Positions 27,356 through 36,154 of a DNA stretch of 64,000 nucleotides are shown here, one piece after another. Under the pieces are notes generated by a model. It did not search any database. It saw only the letters and a list, made by a program, of their open reading frames with translations, and was not told the origin of the DNA. How positions within the stretch are numbered: the stretch's first letter is position 1; the number at the start of each line of letters is the position of its first letter. The DNA is taken from positions 64,001-128,000 of the IMG/VR virus record IMGVR_UViG_3300020190_000010; one strand, 5' to 3'. This DNA is from a virus. The translations under genes were made by a program, and so were the position numbers.

Positions 27356-28993
27356 ATGAGTATACAAAATTTATTAAATACTTCTGGGAATCCCCACAAG
27401 CAACTTATCAAAGAAAACAAGCAAATTGTCAATAAATGGGCAAAAACTGGTCTTCTTGATAATTTGAAAAACGAATATGAAAAGAACTCTATTGCAGTTC
27501 TTCTCGAAAATCAAGCAAAACAACTTATCGACGAATCAAGCAGAACAGGTACAGCAGCTGGTTCAGAAGAATGGGCAGGTGTTGCACTTCCATTGGTTCG
27601 CCGTATTTTCTCTGAAATTGCTGCGAAAGATTTTGTTTCTGTTCAACCAATGAACTTGCCTTCTGGTCTTGTGTTCTTCTTGGACTTCAAATATGGAACA
27701 GCACAACCTGGTTTCACTGCTGGATCCGGTAAAGATTCACAAGCTGATTCAGTATTTGGTGTAACAGGTAAAGATGCAAAAGATGCTGATCCTTCAGGCG
27801 GTCTTTATGGTGCAGGTCGTTTCGGTTATTCAATCAATGAGGCACAAATAACATCTACAAAAGCTGCTGCATTGTCTTCAACAGAATTTACAACCGGATC
27901 TGTATCACACTCAACACCATCATTGTTCCAACATGACACAGAATTTAAAGATGCTTACTCTGCATCACTCGCAGCTGGTCATATTATGACTATCACAGTT
28001 CAATCTGCATCTTTCACAACACCTGATCTTGAGGCAGTTCGTGCTTTCAAAGTATCTGGCTCAACAATTCTTGGTTATTTCCCACAATACACAACAACTG
28101 CAAACAATGGTTCAACCATTACTTTCGTTGTTTCTGCTTCTGCTGCTCCTGCAACAGTAGGTATTGCTTATGAGAAACAACCAACTTCCACAACACGTAA
28201 TGACTTTGAAGAAGGTTCAGCTGGTTCAGATTTGGGTATACCAGAAATCAATCTTGAATTGCGTTCAGAGTCCATCGTTGCTAAAACACGTAAGTTGAAG
28301 GCAGTATGGACACCTGAATTTGCACAAGATTTGAATGCTTATCACTCAATTGATGCTGAAGCTGAATTGACATCTATGTTGTCTGAATACATTTCACAAG
28401 AAATTGATTTGGAAATTCTTGATATGTTGATTAAGAATGCACAAACAACAGAAAGATGGTCAGCTCGTATTGGTCGCACATATGATGCTTCTACAAGTGC
28501 ATTTGGTGACTATTCATCTGCTCAGGCACAGGCATCCGCTTACAATCAACAAACATGGTTCCAAACACTTGGCACAAAGATTCAAAAAGTATCAAACGTA
28601 ATTCATCAGAAAACACTTCGTGGTGGTGCAAACTTCCTCGTATGTTCTCCACAAGTTGCTACAATACTTGAATCAATGCCTGGCTATGCAGTTGATGGTG
28701 AAGGTATGAAATTCGCAATGGGTGTTCAAAAAGTTGGTCAATTGAATGGCCGTATCACAGTTTACAAGAATCCTTACATGCTTGAAAATCAAGTTCTTGT
28801 AGGTTTCCGTGGAACACAATTCCTCGAAACTGGTGCTGTGTATGCTCCATACATTCCACTTGTAATGACACCGTTGGTATATGATCCAACGAACTTCACA
28901 CCAAGAAAAGGCGTGATGACTCGTTATGCGAAGAAGATTGTTCGTCCAGAGTTCTATGGTCTTATACAAATCGATTCTCTCGGTGACATCTAA
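27356..28993 (+). CDS. gp23: Major capsid protein (T4 gp23-like)
   Basis: VQPMNLPSGLVF, AKTRKLKAVWTPEFAQDLNAYH, YAPYIPL and FTPRKGVMTRY motifs. Confidence 0.97.
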   Translation: MSIQNLLNTSGNPHKQLIKENKQIVNKWAKTGLLDNLKNEYEKNSIAVLLENQAKQLIDESSRTGTAAGSEEWAGVALPLVRRIFSEIAAKDFVSVQPMNLPSGLVFFLDFKYGTAQPGFTAGSGKDSQADSVFGVTGKDAKDADPSGGLYGAGRFGYSINEAQITSTKAAALSSTEFTTGSVSHSTPSLFQHDTEFKDAYSASLAAGHIMTITVQSASFTTPDLEAVRAFKVSGSTILGYFPQYTTTANNGSTITFVVSASAAPATVGIAYEKQPTSTTRNDFEEGSAGSDLGIPEINLELRSESIVAKTRKLKAVWTPEFAQDLNAYHSIDAEAELTSMLSEYISQEIDLEILDMLIKNAQTTERWSARIGRTYDASTSAFGDYSSAQAQASAYNQQTWFQTLGTKIQKVSNVIHQKTLRGGANFLVCSPQVATILESMPGYAVDGEGMKFAMGVQKVGQLNGRITVYKNPYMLENQVLVGFRGTQFLETGAVYAPYIPLVMTPLVYDPTNFTPRKGVMTRYAKKIVRPEFYGLIQIDSLGDI

Positions 28994-29015
28994 ACCGTAT
29001 TGGGTTAATAAAAAT

Positions 29016-29050
29016 AAAGGAGTGAGAAAAATCTCACTCCTTTTTTGTTT
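29016..29050 (+). terminator. Intrinsic terminator after the major capsid gene
   Basis: AAAGGAGTGAGA-AAAA-TCTCACTCCTTT followed by a T tract. Confidence 0.9.
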
Positions 29051-29068
29051 TTTTTTTTATTTTAATTT

Positions 29069-29076
29069 ATATTTAT
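29069..29076 (+). promoter_or_regulatory. Candidate late promoter ATATTTAT
   Basis: After the capsid terminator, before 29144. Confidence 0.6.
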
Positions 29077-29143
29077 TTGTGAGTGTTCAAACGGATCACT
29101 TTTTTTACAAATATGTAATTTTTAGTAATAATGGGAAATTGAT

Positions 29144-30154
29144 ATGAAACAGACTAACAAAAAGAGAAGACTGTTTGAAGACGATGAAATACTTGGAACT
29201 ACCGATGTTCTAGGTTTAAGTAAAGTTCCAAAAGATGCTGCAAAAGCTGCTATTGGTGCCGGAACAAAAGACGGTGATCCAAAAGACGATGTTGCTGCTG
29301 GTAAAAAAGTTTCTATTGCTGCTAGTGCATTGAAAGCAGCACAAACAGAAATTATTCCAGAGAAGGCACTTGGTATGGCAATAGGAATGATAAATAAAGT
29401 TGGAATTTTTAGTGGAGGTCCTGGAGGAGATTTGGAATCCATAATTTCAGCAGATAATTATATTATGGATGGACACCACCGTTGGGCAGCAACATTTCTT
29501 GCGGATCCCGGTGCAAGTATTACTGCAACTCAAATAGAACTTCCAGGTAAAGCACTTGTTAGTGCACTAAATGTTGTAACAGTAGGCCAATTTGGTCGTG
29601 GTGGTAATGCTGGTAAAGGAAATATAGCTGATTTCAAAGGTCCTGTATTTGCAAAAATAATAGACACATGGAAAGAAAAGGGATATAAAGATGATAAAGG
29701 GAATGAAACAAAACCAGAGGATGTAACTAAAGCAATGGAAACTCTTGGTGGTGGTGATTTCGAGGCCGGTAAAAAAGTTGTTATGGCTAATGCAGATAAA
29801 TTACCAAAAGAAATTATGCCTGGTGCTCCTGCAAGAATTGAAATGCCGGTTATCAACGGTAAAGAAGTTGATGGTGTTGCAAAGGCAATTGCAGCTGGTG
29901 AAATAGATATTAAGCCACCATATAGTCCAGATGTAAAAGATAAAATGGAATCGTATTATCAAATGCGTCGTGGATTAAAACCATTAAGAGAATCTGTTAT
30001 TAAAAAACTTGTTGAATATAATACTAAAAATAAAAAAAGATTACAAGAATCTTATGTTAAGAAAGTTAAAAAACAAAGACTTCAAGAAAAATTAACACGA
30101 TTACTTAAACCAATTGTTGCTGAAATTCTGAATAGTAAATTAAAGAAAAAATAA
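29144..30154 (+). CDS. ParB/Srx-fold domain protein without HTH
   Basis: LKAAQTE...IISADNYIMDGHHRWAA. Confidence 0.7.
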   Translation: MKQTNKKRRLFEDDEILGTTDVLGLSKVPKDAAKAAIGAGTKDGDPKDDVAAGKKVSIAASALKAAQTEIIPEKALGMAIGMINKVGIFSGGPGGDLESIISADNYIMDGHHRWAATFLADPGASITATQIELPGKALVSALNVVTVGQFGRGGNAGKGNIADFKGPVFAKIIDTWKEKGYKDDKGNETKPEDVTKAMETLGGGDFEAGKKVVMANADKLPKEIMPGAPARIEMPVINGKEVDGVAKAIAAGEIDIKPPYSPDVKDKMESYYQMRRGLKPLRESVIKKLVEYNTKNKKRLQESYVKKVKKQRLQEKLTRLLKPIVAEILNSKLKKK

Positions 30155-30175
30155 TTTAAGCTAATATTAAGAAAT

Positions 30176-30210
30176 AAAACCCCATACATTTTTATGGGGT
30201 TTTTTATTTT
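30176..30210 (+). terminator. Intrinsic terminator
   Basis: AAAACCCCATA-loop-TATGGGGTTTT followed by a T tract. Confidence 0.85.
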
Positions 30211-30216
30211 TGTTAG

Positions 30217-30224
30217 ATATTTAT
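30217..30224 (+). promoter_or_regulatory. Candidate late promoter ATATTTAT
   Basis: After a terminator, before 30269. Confidence 0.6.
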
Positions 30225-30268
30225 TTTATGTATGAGATTATTATTATAGAAAGTTGGAACTAATTTAC

Positions 30269-31567
30269 ATGAAATCTAAAATTAAAAAATCAGACTCATT
30301 GAAACATCTTGTAAACGAAGTAATGTCCGAGCAAAACATTACATCTAGATTTAATACTGTAAATAGTGGAGCAGTATCACTTGATGAACAAGCGATAATT
30401 TCATTGTTAAAATCCAATATTTTTACATTAAATGAACAAAAGGCATTAAAAGTATTATTTTCAAAAACAAAAACAAAATCATTAACAGAAACTACTGTTA
30501 AATTATTAGATGAAAATGTCAATATAATATCCAATTCATCGGAAATAGAATTGAGATTGAAAGAAGGATTTTTTGGGGATATATGGGATGGTTTGAAAGG
30601 TTTGGGTGATAAGGCAAAAGAAGCAATAGTAGGTGGTTGGAATAAATTAAAAAGTATATGGGCAGAATTTAAGGAACTTGTCCAAGAAGTAATCAATTCA
30701 GCAAAAAATGGTTTGTTAAAATTATGTAACATGGGCGCAAATGTTGGAAATGTTGGGAAAGAAATGGTAGGCAAACTTAAAGATAAAAAATTAATTGCTG
30801 ATCCAGATTTTATTAAAGAACTCAAACAATTAAGTGATACATGTGGTTGGTGGAAAACAAGTTGGTTTCAAAAATGGGTTGTTGCACCATTCTGGGAAAA
30901 AGATGTATTAGCAGGAAAAGGAACTGTTGATCAAGAACCTAAAATAGATTCAAAGGCGGCAGAACAAGGTTTGACTGCTATACCGGCATTAGAAAGTTTT
31001 ATCAGTAAAAGAAATGAATTACTTTCAAATAATAAAGTTGTAACCGAATTACTGAAAAGAAATCAGAGAAGAAATACTCTAAAAGAAGGATATGCGGTAG
31101 AACATCTTGATGATGCTATAAAAAATCCAGCATTAAAAAAAGTTGTTCATTATGCCATAGAATTGATACAATGGGTTTTTATGCCATTTGCTAAATTAGG
31201 ACAAGTTGTTGCAAAGTGGGTAGGTCCAAAGGCACTTGGAGCTTTTTCAAATTTAACAAAAACAGTTGGTGGTCCTGGTGTTTATGGATTTGAACTACTT
31301 GGAACTCTATTTGGTGAAATAATGGAAATTTTTGTTAAAAAGAAAACTGGAGAAATAACAGTAGAATTAGTTGCAAAGATATTATTTCCTGGAGTTGGTG
31401 TTGGGGTTGATATAATAAAGGCAATACATTATGCATTATTAGCATGGACAGTAGCAAATATATGTATAAATTTAGTAGATAGTGTAGAAAAAGTAAAAAC
31501 AGAATCATATAAATCAACTGGTAAATTCAAAATAAAAGAAGGTAATTTACTTTATATTAAGAAGTAA
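30269..31567 (+). CDS. Hypothetical protein with amphipathic/hydrophobic helices
   Basis: ORF track (start refined to ATG 30269). Trp-rich amphipathic segments and a hydrophobic C-terminal half. Confidence 0.7.
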   Translation: MKSKIKKSDSLKHLVNEVMSEQNITSRFNTVNSGAVSLDEQAIISLLKSNIFTLNEQKALKVLFSKTKTKSLTETTVKLLDENVNIISNSSEIELRLKEGFFGDIWDGLKGLGDKAKEAIVGGWNKLKSIWAEFKELVQEVINSAKNGLLKLCNMGANVGNVGKEMVGKLKDKKLIADPDFIKELKQLSDTCGWWKTSWFQKWVVAPFWEKDVLAGKGTVDQEPKIDSKAAEQGLTAIPALESFISKRNELLSNNKVVTELLKRNQRRNTLKEGYAVEHLDDAIKNPALKKVVHYAIELIQWVFMPFAKLGQVVAKWVGPKALGAFSNLTKTVGGPGVYGFELLGTLFGEIMEIFVKKKTGEITVELVAKILFPGVGVGVDIIKAIHYALLAWTVANICINLVDSVEKVKTESYKSTGKFKIKEGNLLYIKK

Positions 31568-31589
31568 TTATACAAAAATAAATTTTAAT

Positions 31590-31620
31590 AAGGGTGACAT
31601 TTGTCACCCTTTTTTATTTT
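31590..31620 (+). terminator. Intrinsic terminator
   Basis: AAGGGTGAC-ATTT-GTCACCCTT followed by a T tract. Confidence 0.9.
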
Positions 31621-31627
31621 CACTTTG

Positions 31628-31635
31628 CTATTTAT
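31628..31635 (+). promoter_or_regulatory. Candidate late promoter variant CTATTTAT
   Basis: After a terminator, 5 nt before ATG 31641. Confidence 0.5.
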
Positions 31636-31640
31636 TACAA

Positions 31641-32240
31641 ATGGAAACTCAAATTCAATACATAGACATCATTTCTTTGGCGGTATCAAGTATTGCCACA
31701 CTACTTGGTGTGTTTCTTTCTTGGTTTCTCAAATACAAATATGGTGAATACAAACAAAAAAGAATTGACCGAGAGATTTCTCATTCCAAACTTATCCAAA
31801 CCATATTAGATCAACTGTTAGAAGAATATAAATGTCAGCGTGCATTTATACTTCAAAGACATAACGGTGGTAAATACAAGACAGGCAAATCCATGACCAA
31901 ACTCTCAACCTCATTTGAATCACTCGATGAAGGGGTTAGCACAGAGTTTAAGCAATATCAGAACTTACCGATGTCTCTTTACTCAAACTTCGTTGAAGAT
32001 GTAGTAAATCATAAGGCGGTATATCCTGTTGTAGATAATATAGAGGACTTAATTACAAAAGCATTTTTTTCACAGAGAGGGTCTAAATCAGCAGTGGTTT
32101 ATCCGATACGAAAAGGATCGGAATTTATCGCTATTGTAGGTTTTGAATGGACCCATAAAGTTGAGAAATTGGATAACATATTATCCGAAATTGAAGCTGA
32201 CGTAAAATCAATGGGAGATACCCTTTCTAAATTATTATAG
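31641..32240 (+). CDS. Single-TM protein with a GAF-like domain (T4 T-type holin candidate)
   Basis: N-terminal TM. Then RAFILQRHNGG and a ...VVYPI....IAIVGFEW GAF-like pattern. Confidence 0.55.
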   Translation: METQIQYIDIISLAVSSIATLLGVFLSWFLKYKYGEYKQKRIDREISHSKLIQTILDQLLEEYKCQRAFILQRHNGGKYKTGKSMTKLSTSFESLDEGVSTEFKQYQNLPMSLYSNFVEDVVNHKAVYPVVDNIEDLITKAFFSQRGSKSAVVYPIRKGSEFIAIVGFEWTHKVEKLDNILSEIEADVKSMGDTLSKLL

Positions 32241-32248
32241 GAGCCATT

Positions 32249-32998
32249 ATGTGTTCTGAATATAACGAAGAAACGAATAACAATGAACATTTGTTGAGTG
32301 AAGAAGAAGTATCAAGTCTTAATACAACTGGTATAAAAAAAGGAAGAAAAACTATTAAGAATAAAATACAGTTCCAACTTACTCTTAATGACGAACAAAA
32401 GAGGATAAAAGCTGATGCTCTTCGTGATACAATTTCAGTATTTGTTGGTAAAGCTGGCTCTGGTAAAACATTACTTGCAACACAAATTGCCCTTGAATGT
32501 TTTTTCTATCGTGAAGTTGAAAGAATAATAATTACAAGACCAACGGTATCGAATGAAGATTTAGGATTTCTTCCTGGTAATATAAAAGAAAAAATGGATC
32601 CTTGGGTATCTCCTATTCAAGCAAATATGAATATGTTATACCATAAAGAAAAAATTGAAAAGTTAATGGCTGAAGATAAGATAGAAATTGCTCCTATCTC
32701 TTTTCTTCGTGGTAGAACATTTGTAAATTCTTGTGTGATAGTTGATGAATCACAAAATGTAACCAAACCACAAATGGAAATGATATTGTCTCGTCTTGGT
32801 ATAAATTCAAAAATGATTTTAACTGGAGATATATCACAAATTGACTTAAAACAGAAAAAAGATTCTGGTCTTCCATATTTATTTAATATGAAAGACAAGA
32901 TAAATGGATTGGGGGTTTATGAGTTAAAAACAAACCACCGTCATCCTATTGTTGATGATATATTGAAGTATTTTGAAGAAACAAAAACCGAGAAGTAA
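32249..32998 (+). CDS. phoH: PhoH-family ATPase
   Basis: GKAGSGKT, LGFLPG, FLRGRTF, IVDESQN and TGDISQID motifs. Confidence 0.95.
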   Translation: MCSEYNEETNNNEHLLSEEEVSSLNTTGIKKGRKTIKNKIQFQLTLNDEQKRIKADALRDTISVFVGKAGSGKTLLATQIALECFFYREVERIIITRPTVSNEDLGFLPGNIKEKMDPWVSPIQANMNMLYHKEKIEKLMAEDKIEIAPISFLRGRTFVNSCVIVDESQNVTKPQMEMILSRLGINSKMILTGDISQIDLKQKKDSGLPYLFNMKDKINGLGVYELKTNHRHPIVDDILKYFEETKTEK

Positions 32999-34129
32999 AT
33001 GACAGATATTCCTATTTGGCCTGGTAGTTCAAGTTTTACAACTGGTAGCACACCGTTTGGAACATTTGATAACGATGCTGATTTTCAAGCAGAAGCAGAT
33101 CCTTTTGCGGATTGGTGTGCTAAAAGATTGGGTTATCCACTTGTTGATGTTGAATTGCAAGATGTAAATTTTTATACTTGTTTTGAAGAAGCAGTTTATG
33201 AGTATTCATATCACATAAATCAATTCAACATACAACAAAATCTTTTGAGTATAATAGGTGCATCTACTGGATCAAATTTAACACAACGCAACATTTCAAC
33301 TGGAATGGGTCCACTTGTTCAACTTGCAACCGAATATGGTAGTGAAACTTTTACTAACGGTAATGTTAAATTTTATTCTTCATCTATTGATATTACTGTT
33401 GGAAAACAACGATATGATTTAGATACACTAATACGTGATGTAAAAGTTCCAACCGGTTCAATAGAAATAAAAAAAGTACATCACTATTCCCCACCGGCTT
33501 CAATGAGATTTTACGATCCTTATTTGGGAAATCAAGCAATGCTTGACACATTTGGGTTCGGTGCTTATTCTACTGGTGTATCATTTATGTTGATGCCAAT
33601 GTATGCAGATTTGCTTCGTATTCAAGCAATAGAGTTCAATGATTTAATGCGTAAATCTGCCTTTACATTTGAAATAATAAAAAATGAACTTCGTATATTT
33701 CCAGTACCAACAAAAAATTTCAAATTGTGGATTGAGTATATTGTAAAAGAAGAAAGAAGTAATCCATTAAAATATCCGGGTGGACAGGTTTCTGATATGT
33801 CAAATGCACCTTATGATTATATGGTTTATTCACAAATAAATTCTCCGGGAAAAACATGGATATACAGTTTTGGTTTGGCATTAGCAAAAGAAATGCTTGG
33901 ATATATTCGCGGTAAATATGGAAGTATACCAATACCAAATGGTGAAACAACTCTTAATGCTGCCGATTTACTTTCTGCAGCAACTGCAGAAAAACAGGCA
34001 TTGGTAGAACAATTAAGAACTATGTTAGATACAATGACCAGAAGTAAATTATTAGAAGCAAAAAGATTAGAAACTGAAGCACTTGCAGCTAGTTTGAATG
34101 GAACTCCTTTATCAATTTACATAGGATAA
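32999..34129 (+). CDS. Neck/head-tail adaptor protein (gp13-like)
   Basis: RLGYPLVDVEL and LALAKEMLG.IRGKY...P.G..TLN motifs. Located before the other neck and tail genes. Confidence 0.75.
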   Translation: MTDIPIWPGSSSFTTGSTPFGTFDNDADFQAEADPFADWCAKRLGYPLVDVELQDVNFYTCFEEAVYEYSYHINQFNIQQNLLSIIGASTGSNLTQRNISTGMGPLVQLATEYGSETFTNGNVKFYSSSIDITVGKQRYDLDTLIRDVKVPTGSIEIKKVHHYSPPASMRFYDPYLGNQAMLDTFGFGAYSTGVSFMLMPMYADLLRIQAIEFNDLMRKSAFTFEIIKNELRIFPVPTKNFKLWIEYIVKEERSNPLKYPGGQVSDMSNAPYDYMVYSQINSPGKTWIYSFGLALAKEMLGYIRGKYGSIPIPNGETTLNAADLLSAATAEKQALVEQLRTMLDTMTRSKLLEAKRLETEALAASLNGTPLSIYIG

Positions 34130-34133
34130 AATA

Positions 34134-34658
34134 ATGCCATTATTTCATGGAACCAGAGATGCTGGACTTGTTCACAAGTTTAATATGGAATTGGTCAATG
34201 ATATAATTGATACAGAGGTTGCAGTTTACAAACTTTCATTGGAAAATACAAAAACAAATTTGTATAATGAATCCGATAAAAAAGTATATCACAGTCCTAT
34301 CAAAGTTCCGTCATTGATAGATTATCAAGCACAGACATATGAAGGAACTGAATTTGGACAAGACTACCAACAGGCGGCAAACTTTGCATTTATACGAGAG
34401 TATTTGAAAGAGGTTGATATTTTTATTGAAGTTGGTGATGTCATAGAATATAATGGTGATTTTTGGGAAGTTGATTCAATTCAAGAAAATCAATTTTTCG
34501 GCGGAAAAAATCCAGATTATTCTTTTGCAACTGAAAAATGGGGTCATAATGTTTCTATTATTGCAAATACACACTTGACAAGACGTTCAAGAATACATAT
34601 TGAAGAATTTAGACCGGCAATTCCAATTGATAATAATGATATACCGAGCAACATATAA
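34134..34658 (+). CDS. Neck/head-closure protein (gp14-like)
   Basis: LYNES..K, EVGDVIEY...FWEV and genomic position. Confidence 0.65.
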   Translation: MPLFHGTRDAGLVHKFNMELVNDIIDTEVAVYKLSLENTKTNLYNESDKKVYHSPIKVPSLIDYQAQTYEGTEFGQDYQQAANFAFIREYLKEVDIFIEVGDVIEYNGDFWEVDSIQENQFFGGKNPDYSFATEKWGHNVSIIANTHLTRRSRIHIEEFRPAIPIDNNDIPSNI

Positions 34659-35728
34659 TGAATAATTCTAGCAAATATAGGAAACCACCACTTCGTAGAA
34701 CAAGTGATAGTTTTATAGATGACAAAAATTCTATACAAAACCCAAGAACTGATTTAGGTTATAGGCGAGATTTACAAGTAAGACGGGATAAAGATAAAAC
34801 AAGAAGTCTTGGAATTACTTTATATGATGTTGATTTTGCAATAAAATCGTTTATCGATCAAAAAATGCAATTAAAAGTTGAAGATGGTGGTGAGAATATA
34901 TCGGTTCCAATCATTTATGCAAATTCTGAAAAATGGGCATCTATTCAAAGAGATGGTTTCCTAAAAGATAAAAAGGGAAAAACACTTGCACCATTGATTA
35001 CTTTTCGCCGTTCAAGCGTAAACATTAAATCGGAAATGCGTAGAAATAAAGTTGCTAATGTAAATCAGATTGCGTATTATATGAGACAAAAATATAATGC
35101 AACAACACCATACGATAGATTTAGCACTCAATATGAAAAGAAAAAACCCTCTGAATACTTTATGACTCCTATGCCAGATTATGTTGATATTTCATACGAT
35201 TTTATTGCTTGGTGTGAATATCAAAATCAATTGAATTACATTGTAGAAAATTTTGTGTATTTTAGTGGTCAATCATTTGGTGATAAAAACTTTTTCAAAT
35301 TTTCTACAAATATGGATAGTATTGGAATGGAGAATAGTAATACAACAGGTCAAGATAGAATTGTCCGTGCTTCTTTTCAGATTACTGCTCATGCTTATTT
35401 ATTACCAAAAGATGTTGCTGCTCAAACAACAACAAAGAGATTGGTTACTGCCAATAAAATTGTTTTTACATCCGAGGCATTTAGTGATATAAATTCTATT
35501 CTTGCTAGAGAATCCGCAGAACTTTCTCAAAATAATGATGAATTTGGAATTTCAAATTCCGATAGAAGAAATGTTCTTCGCATTGGTAAAAATGAAAAAG
35601 GATTTGGTAAACTCAATAAACAAACAGATGAAGAATTAATACATTACAGAGAAAAGGTAAAAAGACTAACCGATGTATCTATCAATAGATCTCCGGATGT
35701 TTACCCAACTGAATTTGATGAAACATAA
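34658..35728 (+). CDS. Tail terminator / sheath stabiliser (gp15-like)
   Basis: VPIIYANSEKW, PLITFRR and PDYVDISY motifs, plus position. Confidence 0.65.
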   Translation: MNNSSKYRKPPLRRTSDSFIDDKNSIQNPRTDLGYRRDLQVRRDKDKTRSLGITLYDVDFAIKSFIDQKMQLKVEDGGENISVPIIYANSEKWASIQRDGFLKDKKGKTLAPLITFRRSSVNIKSEMRRNKVANVNQIAYYMRQKYNATTPYDRFSTQYEKKKPSEYFMTPMPDYVDISYDFIAWCEYQNQLNYIVENFVYFSGQSFGDKNFFKFSTNMDSIGMENSNTTGQDRIVRASFQITAHAYLLPKDVAAQTTTKRLVTANKIVFTSEAFSDINSILARESAELSQNNDEFGISNSDRRNVLRIGKNEKGFGKLNKQTDEELIHYREKVKRLTDVSINRSPDVYPTEFDET

Positions 35729-35749
35729 TAGTTTTTGATATTTTTTTAC

Positions 35750-35757
35750 ATATTTAT
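35750..35757 (+). promoter_or_regulatory. Candidate late promoter ATATTTAT
   Basis: Intergenic, before 35792. Confidence 0.6.
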
Positions 35758-35791
35758 ATTTGTTATTTTATATTTTATTTAAGAGGTTTTT

Positions 35792-36091
35792 ATGGCAGAC
35801 GAAGTTACATCAAATACAACTGAACAAAATTTTTCCGATGATGATGTTGTTGCGGTTAAAAATTTACAATCACAATATGCTCGAACAACTGCACAAATTG
35901 GTCAAGTTGAAATAGAGTTACATTTATTGACAAAGAGATTGGATCAAATGAAAGAATTACGTGAAAAATTATTCACGGAATATACTACATTACAAGACGA
36001 AGAACAAACTCTTGTTAAATCTTTAAATGAAAAATATGGTGATGGTATTTTAGATATAGACTCCGGTAAATTTATTCCGTCTGGTTCGTAG
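35792..36091 (+). CDS. Small coiled-coil hypothetical protein
   Basis: Coiled coil ending KYGDGILDIDSGKF. Confidence 0.7.
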   Translation: MADEVTSNTTEQNFSDDDVVAVKNLQSQYARTTAQIGQVEIELHLLTKRLDQMKELREKLFTEYTTLQDEEQTLVKSLNEKYGDGILDIDSGKFIPSGS

Positions 36092-36108
36092 TTTGGATTT
36101 TTTACTTC

Positions 36109-36116
36109 ATATTTAT
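36109..36116 (+). promoter_or_regulatory. Candidate late promoter ATATTTAT
   Basis: Intergenic, before the sheath gene. Confidence 0.6.
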
Positions 36117-36154
36117 ATGAAGACTTAATTCTATAATTTTTTTGGAGATAATAA

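Noticed and set aside
29144-30154. Plasmid-like ParABS partition system
   Set aside because: The ParB-fold proteins lack HTH domains, and no ParA or parS array is visible.
32249-32998. PhoH as a novel auxiliary gene
   Set aside because: It is very common in large aquatic phages and nothing unusual was seen in it.
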